From contig JAHJQF010000001.1 in NCBI GenBank assembly GCA_018819405.1, positions 513,377 through 577,376 of the forward strand: a DNA stretch of 64,000 nt, read 5' to 3'. The DNA comes from Patescibacteria group bacterium. Lineage in GTDB: Bacteria; Patescibacteriota; Patescibacteriia; UBA1558; GWA2-36-10. This document shows, in pieces, positions 57,551 to 64,000 of the stretch; within the stretch, counting starts at the first letter, position 1, and each line of letters opens with the position of its first letter. The notes beneath the pieces were generated by a model. That model was not told where the DNA came from. It ran no database searches and saw only the letters and a list, made by a program, of their open reading frames with translations. The position numbers and the translations under genes were made by a program.

Positions 57551-58368
57551 AAAAAAATAAAAAAATTTTAGTAGTCGGCTGCGGCAATATGGGACAAGCG
57601 ATAATCAGTCAGCTTTTGGATTGCAGATTTAGCTCCCGAAAATATTTAGCTGGTTTTGATAAAGCAAAAAATAGAGCAAAAGTAAGGGGGCTGTATGATA
57701 TAGATATGGTCGGTGATCTTAATAAAGCTATAGACAATGCTGACATTATTATTTTTTCTATAAAGCCACAACAGTTTAATGATATAGCAAAACAAATAAA
57801 AGGACGATTAAAACCAAATCAATTAGTAGTTTCTATTATGGCCGGTATTTCCTATAAACATATTAGTCAAAGTATAAAGCATAAAAAAGTAGTGCGAGCC
57901 ATGCCCAATTTGGCATTACAGGTCGGGCATAGTGTCACGGCTTGGTATACTCCTAGGGCATTTGTTAAAAGTGTCAAAAGTACTACCAATAGTCTATTGT
58001 CTGTTTTCGGGGCAGTTCTAGAAGTAAAAAAAGAAGATATGATAGACAAGGTGACAGCCATTAGTGGTTCCGGGCCAGCTTATTTCTTTTTTACAGCCGA
58101 GGCCTTAGAAAGTGTTGCTTTAGATTTTGGTTTCAACAAAAGACAGGCAGCTATGTTAGCCAAAGATACTTTCATTGGGGCAGCCAAGCTAGCACAGGTA
58201 GATAAGAGAGATAATAAAAAGTTGCGTCAAGCAGTCACTTCCAAAGGCGGCACTACCGAAGCAGCTATTAGAGAAATAAGTACAGATTTTTTATCTATGT
58301 GGCGTCGAGCTCTAAAAGCAGCTCATCAAAGGGCAAAAGTAATTTCCAAGAAATATGAATCCCGTTAG
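57547..58368 (+). CDS. proC: pyrroline-5-carboxylate reductase
   Basis: ILVVGCGNMGQAI Rossmann motif. P5CR length. The stop is supplied by the palindromic element. Confidence 0.8.
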   Translation: MKKNKKILVVGCGNMGQAIISQLLDCRFSSRKYLAGFDKAKNRAKVRGLYDIDMVGDLNKAIDNADIIIFSIKPQQFNDIAKQIKGRLKPNQLVVSIMAGISYKHISQSIKHKKVVRAMPNLALQVGHSVTAWYTPRAFVKSVKSTTNSLLSVFGAVLEVKKEDMIDKVTAISGSGPAYFFFTAEALESVALDFGFNKRQAAMLAKDTFIGAAKLAQVDKRDNKKLRQAVTSKGGTTEAAIREISTDFLSMWRRALKAAHQRAKVISKKYESR

Positions 58369-58439
58369 AAATTCACAAAATTCTGACAGGATATAATAGT
58401 AAATAATTAATATATAATTTAACTATAATTTCTAACGGG
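58361..58439. repeat. palindromic element (TIR CCCGTTAGAAATT / AATTTCTAACGGG)
   Basis: The left end gives the proC stop and the right end gives the proA ATG. Near-identical to 42790-42861. Confidence 0.75.
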
Positions 58440-59699
58440 ATGAATAAAGATATTATCATTATTGGAAAGAGAGCTAAGGATGCTTCTCGGGAATTTGCTA
58501 CTGCAAGTAGTCAGCAAAAAAATGCGTTGCTGACTACTCTGGCATCTATGATAGCCTTTTATAAAAAGCAAATTCTTGATGCCAACAAAAAAGATCTATC
58601 AAATTATGTTAAAGATCATCCATTTTTTGATCGTCTAATGCTCAATGATTAGCGTCTGGATGAAATTAGACGTAGTTTGTTGGCTGTAGCCAAATTGCCT
58701 GATCCAATAGGAGAAATATCAGATGAAAAACGTCGTCCTAGCGGTATAGTAGTGTCCCGTATGAGAGTGCCTTTGGGTGTATTGGGAGTTATTTATGAAG
58801 CTAGACCAAATGTGACTATAGAGATTTCTAGTTTGGGGCTCAAATCGGGTAATGCTATTGTACTCAAGGGTGGTAAAGAAGCTATAAATAGTAATCAGAT
58901 TTTGGTAAAGATTATCCAAAAAGCCTTGGTCAAAAATGGATTTTCTAAATATACTGTTCAGCTTATCGGCACAAATCAGCGTAGTTTGGTGGCTGATATG
59001 ATAAGGATGAATAAATATATAGATGTTATAGTCCCTCGTGGAGGCAGGAGACTGATTGATTTTGTCAGAGACAATGCCTCGGTGCCTGTGATTGAGACCG
59101 GAGCAGGAGTTTGCCATACTTATGTAGAAAAAAGTGCTGATTTGAAAAAAGCCGTAAGGATTGTGGTGAATGCCAAGACCCAGCGGCCAAGTGTCTGTAA
59201 TGCTTTGGATACTTTGGTACTAGACAGTCAGATTGCCAAAAAGTTTTTGGCGTTATTGTCAGAGGAGCTGTCAAAGCACAGTGTGTTACTGCGCGCCGAT
59301 TCGGTCAGCTATTATATATTAAAAAAATATTATCCCAACAGTTTATTAAAAAAAGCTAAATTGTCAGATTTTAGCAAAGAATTTTTGGGTTTGGAGATGT
59401 CTATCAAAACAGTCAATAATGCTAAACAAGCTATGGATTTTATACAAGAGTATAGTTCGGGACATTCAGAAGCAATTTTGACCAAAAATGCCAAACTGGG
59501 ACAAATTTTTTTGAGGACAATTGATGCCGCAGCAGTCTATGTTAATACTTCCACTCGTTTTACAGATGGTTTTGAATTTGGTCTGGGTGCTGAAGTAGGT
59601 ATTTCTACTCAAAAATTGCACGCCAGAGGTCCTATGGGTCTCAAGGCGCTTACTAGTATGAAGTGGATTGTAAATAGTGATTGGAAGGGCAGGAAATAA
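58440..59699 (+). pseudogene. proA: gamma-glutamyl phosphate reductase interrupted by one in-frame TAG (codon 71)
   Basis: ORFs 58440-58652 and 58677-59699 are in the same frame and together span full-length ProA. They are separated only by TAG at 58650-58652. There are no other lesions. Confidence 0.5.
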
Positions 59700-59727
59700 A
59701 AATATATTTAAAAGAAATATAATTAAA

Positions 59728-60822
59728 ATGAATAATAATATTATTGGTTTAATTTTTGGAGGTCAATCAGCAGAACATGATATATCAATCATGTCGGCTG
59801 GTTTTGTAAGAAAAGCTTTATTACAAAATAATTTTGAAATTATTTTGATAGTTATTGATAAAGAAGGATATTGGAGATTAGTAGATAATGAAAGTTTTGA
59901 TGGTATTTCAAATGGCCATATCAAATTAAGCGACATGAGAAAAATTATACCTATACCTCAGGGCAAGGGAGAATTTCTAGTTTTTGAAGGGGCAAATTCT
60001 AATAAATTATTTAAAATTAAAATAGATATTGCTTTCCCAGTTTTGCATGGCCCTATGGGAGAGGACGGTGTAGTCCAAGGTTTGTTAAAGATATTGGGTA
60101 TACCTTTTGTTGGAGCGGATGTTTTAGGTTCATCTATAGGCATGGATAAGGTAATTATGAAGAAGGTATTAAGAGATTCTAATATTCCGGTAGGCAATTT
60201 TTTATATTTTAATAAACCCCAAAAATCAGATATTAATTATAATGAAATTAATGATGTTTTAAAAACTCCATTCTTTGTAAAACCTGCTAACATGGGATCA
60301 TCTGTGGGCATAAGTATGGTCGATAACGAATCTCAACTTAGTAGTGCTCTTGATGCAGCATTTAACTATGATAATAAAATAATAATAGAAGAGTTTATAA
60401 ATGGTCGTGAATTAGAGTGCTCCGTTTTGGGGGATGACATTATAGCTGAAGCATCTTTACCAGGAGAAATTAAGTTAGTTAATAATAAATTTTATTCTTA
60501 TGATGAGAAATATAATGATAGTAGCACCACGATCATTGAAATTCCCGCTAAATTAAATAAAGATTTATCAGAAGAAATTCAGAATTTAGCAATTAAGACT
60601 TTTAAAGTTTTGAATTGTTATGGAATGGGAAGGGTAGATTTTTTTCTCACAAAAGAAAACAAGTTAATTGTAAATGAGATAAATACTATTCCTGGGTTTA
60701 CAAAAATTAGTATGTATCCAAAGTTATGGGAAGCAAGCGGAATAGGATCAGCAGAGCTTATTCGTCGTTTAGTAGATTTAGCTATTATCAGGTTTGATAA
60801 AGAAAAATTATTAAATATATAA
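59728..60822 (+). CDS. ddl: D-alanine--D-alanine ligase
   Basis: IGLIFGGQSAEHDISIMSA N-terminus and an ATP-grasp C-terminal half. Confidence 0.85.
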   Translation: MNNNIIGLIFGGQSAEHDISIMSAGFVRKALLQNNFEIILIVIDKEGYWRLVDNESFDGISNGHIKLSDMRKIIPIPQGKGEFLVFEGANSNKLFKIKIDIAFPVLHGPMGEDGVVQGLLKILGIPFVGADVLGSSIGMDKVIMKKVLRDSNIPVGNFLYFNKPQKSDINYNEINDVLKTPFFVKPANMGSSVGISMVDNESQLSSALDAAFNYDNKIIIEEFINGRELECSVLGDDIIAEASLPGEIKLVNNKFYSYDEKYNDSSTTIIEIPAKLNKDLSEEIQNLAIKTFKVLNCYGMGRVDFFLTKENKLIVNEINTIPGFTKISMYPKLWEASGIGSAELIRRLVDLAIIRFDKEKLLNI

Positions 60823-60856
60823 AAAAGCAGGTTTCAAAGAAACTGGCAAAATAAAT

Positions 60857-60898
60857 ACAACCTCCGAGGTTAATCAACCTCCGAGGTTGTTTTTTTAC
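60857..60898 (+). terminator. rho-independent terminator
   Basis: caacctccgagg...cctccgaggttg followed by ttttttt. Confidence 0.7.
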
Positions 60899-60928
60899 TT
60901 GACAGTCTTTTTTTGTTGTTATATATTT

Positions 60929-60975
60929 AGAGTAGAAGCTAGAGACGGCTATAAATATAGCGACGGCTCTAAACA
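60929..60975 (+). promoter_or_regulatory. palindromic operator-like motif, copy 2 (upstream of the NTase-GNAT operon)
   Basis: GCTATAAATATAGC-GACGGCTCTAAACA preceded by the half-site AGAGACGGCT. Same core as 54279-54306. Confidence 0.5.
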
Positions 60976-61033
60976 TAGCTCTTTAAAATAAAGAGAGAAA
61001 GGTAATTGACTTCCTAAGAGAAAGGAGGAAATC

Positions 61034-61987
61034 ATGACTCAGCAAACTTTGTGTTGCTACGATTTGATTATGGTCAGGTCGGGCGAAATACTCACAATAA
61101 ATGGTAACTTTGATGGAGAATATTGCCGTGCTACTTTGAGCTTGTTTCCCTCTTCTATGGGGAATAGGCTTATAGACGGCCGTGTATATAAGAAAGCAAC
61201 TTATGAGTTGGGATATAAGATTCCCTACGTCAGGAAGATATTAGATTTACCTGGTCAGCAGCAGTTTTTGGTAGACAGGAACAGCATCGTCAGAGTGTAT
61301 TCTGCAAGGAGAGCTTTTGACTCTTTGTCCTTTCAGGATAAAATTAGGACGCGTTTGTTCATGGACTATCTGGGTCTAGATTACAATTTTCACGGTTTGA
61401 CTGGTAGTAGTGCATCGGGCTGTCGGCTCTCTGACTCTGACTTTGATTGGGTTTTGTATACCAATCAATTATGGTCAGTTAAACAGAGGGTAGTTGATGT
61501 CCCTAGGATGTTGACTTTCGATATGCAACACGCTTATCGAAAGTATCATGTCTTTGAGGTGCTGTCTAAGCAGGACATAGATTTGATTTTTGGCAATAAG
61601 TGGAAGTATCTATGGTTTTGCGGTCTGCACATATCAGTTAATTTTGTTGATATGGCTGTACGCGCTGACCACCTTTGCGATACTGACAATTGCCGAGATC
61701 GTCTTGTTTTGCGAGGTAGGGTAATAGATGGGAAAGGCTCCTATTACTCTCCTTATGTCATTCCATTCGAAAGCGATGGGCAGACGTACCAGATACTCAC
61801 TTGGCTTTATTTGTATAATGGAGCCTTTGCATCTGGTGACCTAATAGAGCTATCAGCTCGGAGAGGATCTTTTGGAGGGCAGGAGTATTTGGTAGTCGAA
61901 AGACCACCAGATTACATTCGTAAGTTGGTCTGCAAGGATGGAGGAGGCTATGTCTCTGATAGACTATATTCAGCTAGTAGTAGCTGA
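61034..61987 (+). CDS. Pol-beta-superfamily nucleotidyltransferase (cGAS/DncV-like arrangement)
   Basis: GLTGSSASGCRLSDSDFDW gives GS-x9-SDSD at residues about 115-133, with the acidic DIDLIF about 60 aa later. Ribosome-binding site GAAAGGAGG. About 42-45% GC. Confidence 0.5.
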   Translation: MTQQTLCCYDLIMVRSGEILTINGNFDGEYCRATLSLFPSSMGNRLIDGRVYKKATYELGYKIPYVRKILDLPGQQQFLVDRNSIVRVYSARRAFDSLSFQDKIRTRLFMDYLGLDYNFHGLTGSSASGCRLSDSDFDWVLYTNQLWSVKQRVVDVPRMLTFDMQHAYRKYHVFEVLSKQDIDLIFGNKWKYLWFCGLHISVNFVDMAVRADHLCDTDNCRDRLVLRGRVIDGKGSYYSPYVIPFESDGQTYQILTWLYLYNGAFASGDLIELSARRGSFGGQEYLVVERPPDYIRKLVCKDGGGYVSDRLYSASSS

Positions 61988-62447
61988 AGACAGTAGAATC
62001 GTCGAGTTGTGTGAGTTTTTGAGTCGGGAGGACATAGACCGTTCTTTTGTCCTACCATTGTCTAGTAGGGACATTAGCATTAGAGAAAGGGTGGTAAAAA
62101 TACAAAAGCAAGGTTTTTGGTTGCTGGCTATACATGGAAACAAAATAGTTGGCTGCCGTGGCTGCAAAGGAATTGTTGACGAAAAGGAGGATATTTTGGA
62201 GTTTTCCACCACAGTTGTTGACCCTAGTTATCGGGGGATTGGTTTGGGGATGCTTATCTTCCGACAAGGGGTCAAGTTAGCTCGTGATCGGTATAAGCCC
62301 AAAGTCGTGAGGATGGACAGTACGCCTGATAATGAAGCCATCAAGAGGATGGCTGCCGATTCAGGTTTTGTTGTAAGTCGTATCTACGACGATCCTGTAA
62401 AAAGAGGCTCTGGAGGAAAGTCAATCGAATATATTCTCTGTTTATAG
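61950..62447 (+). CDS. GNAT family N-acetyltransferase
   Basis: Motif A VVDPSYRGIGLGMLIFRQGVKLA. Ribosome-binding site GGAGGAGG. Overlaps the NTase by 38 nt. Confidence 0.65.
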   Translation: MSLIDYIQLVVAEDSRIVELCEFLSREDIDRSFVLPLSSRDISIRERVVKIQKQGFWLLAIHGNKIVGCRGCKGIVDEKEDILEFSTTVVDPSYRGIGLGMLIFRQGVKLARDRYKPKVVRMDSTPDNEAIKRMAADSGFVVSRIYDDPVKRGSGGKSIEYILCL

Positions 62448-62515
62448 CCCCTGTGCCACAAGGTGCAGGGGCATCCAATATTGTTAGTTGTTTGATAAAT
62501 TATTATAATAAATGT

Positions 62516-63328
62516 ATGAAAATAAAGATATTAGGATCAGGAGCTTGGCAAGGTATTCCAGCATCGTTTTGTAACTGCGATATTTGTCAGAAGGCATCCA
62601 AAAATTTATATACTAAAGACGCTCGTACTCGTCCACAATTTATGGTTGAGACCAAACAGGGGACTTTCTTGATGGAAATAAGCCCTGATATAAGGCTGCA
62701 ATCCACCAGGTTTTCTTTACCAAACGTTAATAATTTTTTAGTAAGTCATTGGCATTTTGATCACATGTATGGTTTGCATGAACTTTTGACTTGGTCAAAG
62801 GGATTGGAGACTAGGCCATTGTTATACGGATCTGTTGCCACAAAAGATAAAATAGATAAAGAATTTAGTTATTTGCCATTTGATTTTCAGTTGTTAGAGC
62901 CCTATAAAAAATTTAATATTTTCGGGGTAGATATAACACCATTGCCTTTATATCATGCATTTACAATAGATGAAGAATTTTCAGAAAATGATATTAATAA
63001 CACTTTTGGATATATGCTGGGGCATGAAGGAAAAAAAGTAGTTTATTTATCAGATTATTATAAAGTACCGCAGAAAGTTTTGGATAAAATCAAAGGAGCT
63101 GATGTGTTGATTGCAGACGGCACTTATCTTTTTACTGATAAGTTCAGAGGAATAAAACTAAATCATTTGCATAATGTAGATATATTGCAGTTAGTTGATA
63201 AAATTCAGGCAAAACAAGTTTATTTTCATAGTATTTCCCATTTGACCAGTTTGAACCATCAGGAAATGCAAGAAAAATTGTCAGAAAACCATTTTATTTC
63301 ATACGACGGTTTAGAAATTGATCTTTAA
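62516..63328 (+). CDS. PhnP-like MBL-fold phosphodiesterase
   Basis: CNCDIC (CxCxxC) near the N-terminus plus SHWHFDHMYG (HxHxDH). Start at the internal ATG (MKIKILGSGA). Confidence 0.55.
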   Translation: MKIKILGSGAWQGIPASFCNCDICQKASKNLYTKDARTRPQFMVETKQGTFLMEISPDIRLQSTRFSLPNVNNFLVSHWHFDHMYGLHELLTWSKGLETRPLLYGSVATKDKIDKEFSYLPFDFQLLEPYKKFNIFGVDITPLPLYHAFTIDEEFSENDINNTFGYMLGHEGKKVVYLSDYYKVPQKVLDKIKGADVLIADGTYLFTDKFRGIKLNHLHNVDILQLVDKIQAKQVYFHSISHLTSLNHQEMQEKLSENHFISYDGLEIDL

Positions 63329-63357
63329 TAAATAGTATAAAAACCACCGAGGAGAAA

Positions 63358-63786
63358 TTATTTTTTAAAAGCCTTATTTACTTGTTCTTTACTAAGATAT
63401 AGATATGAGAGTTTTGGGTCACAGTAGTGTCTACCAGTTTTTATCTTACCATCTTTAAACTCTAGTACTATTACTAAAGGAGTGCGAAATTTTTTCTTGG
63501 TTTTTGGATCAGTATAGCTTTCTATCATCTCTACTATTACTAGATTTTTTCCTTCCGCGATGTTTTTTATATCATAATGTCGATCTTTTATCACATATAC
63601 TTCTGATAGGTCTTTGGGGGATATTTTCTCCGATCTGGGAAACAACACACCTTTTCTATTTTGGTAGACCCAGGTCATAGTATAGTCGCGATGCATTTTT
63701 TTCAAAGAAGATTTTACATCACCTTTTACTTCATCTGACAGTATATCCAAAACTAATTTAATATTTTTACTTAGTTTCTTATTCAT
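63358..63786 (-). CDS. hypothetical protein
   Basis: 142-aa ORF with no recognized motif. Confidence 0.35.
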   Translation of the reverse strand: MNKKLSKNIKLVLDILSDEVKGDVKSSLKKMHRDYTMTWVYQNRKGVLFPRSEKISPKDLSEVYVIKDRHYDIKNIAEGKNLVIVEMIESYTDPKTKKKFRTPLVIVLEFKDGKIKTGRHYCDPKLSYLYLSKEQVNKAFKK

Positions 63787-64000
63787 AATATTGAGTTAAT
63801 TTATATATAAATAATATCATATAATATGAATTACTATCAAGCAAAAACAGAAGGTGATTTCAAATTTATAGCTTCACTTTTTAGTCCAGACCATACGGAA
63901 TATATGTTGACCAAAAAGGTAGACTATAAACATTTGATGAAGTCAGGTCAGTCAGAATATAGACATAATTTTATTGCTACTGTAGATGGTAAAAAAATTG

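Noticed and set aside
58650-58652. Genetic-code reassignment of UAG as the explanation of the in-frame amber codon in proA
   Set aside because: RF1 (GGQ plus PET motif) is encoded at 33055-34113, and TAG terminates other genes (proC, the ORF at 4633-5037). A single isolated event is more consistent with error or mutation.
1-64000. CRISPR arrays or cas genes
   Set aside because: No spaced direct repeats of 24-48 bp found. The only tandem repeat is the 24-bp coding repeat in rplY. The palindromic elements are inverted repeats at gene boundaries, not arrays.

Overview
This 64-kb window comes from a compact, low-GC (about 30-40%) bacterial genome in which most genes have no Shine-Dalgarno sequence. 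Small genes, a miaB-miaA fusion, a short thrS and many intergenic palindromes suggest a reduced-genome lineage such as CPR/Patescibacteria; that placement is inference only. Most of the window is housekeeping. It contains a thymidylate-supply cluster (dCMP deaminase, a dNMP-kinase-like P-loop protein, thyA, folA, dut, tmk), gatB, a PEP-utilizing-domain protein, fused miaB-miaA, guaB, thrS with a putative T-box leader, dnaE, ftsW/rodA, rplY, and a MacAB-like HlyD/ABC/FtsX exporter. It also contains rpmE-prfA-prmC, rpsB-tsf-pyrH, gap, cysS, a tRNA cluster, fadD-plsC-HAD lipid genes, a 935-aa 7TM-GAF histidine kinase with three 7TM paralogs, proB-proC-proA and ddl. Five things stand out. (1) A radical-SAM/SPASM maturase is translationally coupled to an unannotated 53-aa Cys-rich peptide and followed by an HEXXH protein, which looks like a RiPP-like locus. 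(2) An operon of a cGAS/DncV-like nucleotidyltransferase plus a GNAT shares an operator-like palindrome with the radical-SAM locus; the two loci flank proBCA-ddl. (3) Several GC-rich (about 50-55%) insertions carry canonical AGGAGG ribosome-binding sites and their own terminators, including a 3-gene operon of a membrane protein, a Cys-rich 61-aa protein and a 90-aa protein. (4) A family of 80-105-bp palindromic elements (TIR CCCGTTAGAAATT / AATTTCTAACGGG, sister type CCCCGTTAAAT) fuses to the stop codon of the upstream gene and the start codon of the downstream gene, and one copy carries a GIY-YIG nuclease. (5) The tRNA transcription unit contains a 240-nt highly structured spacer, degenerate tRNA-like pieces and a type-I tRNA whose anticodon loop reads UGA. 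No CRISPR array was found.
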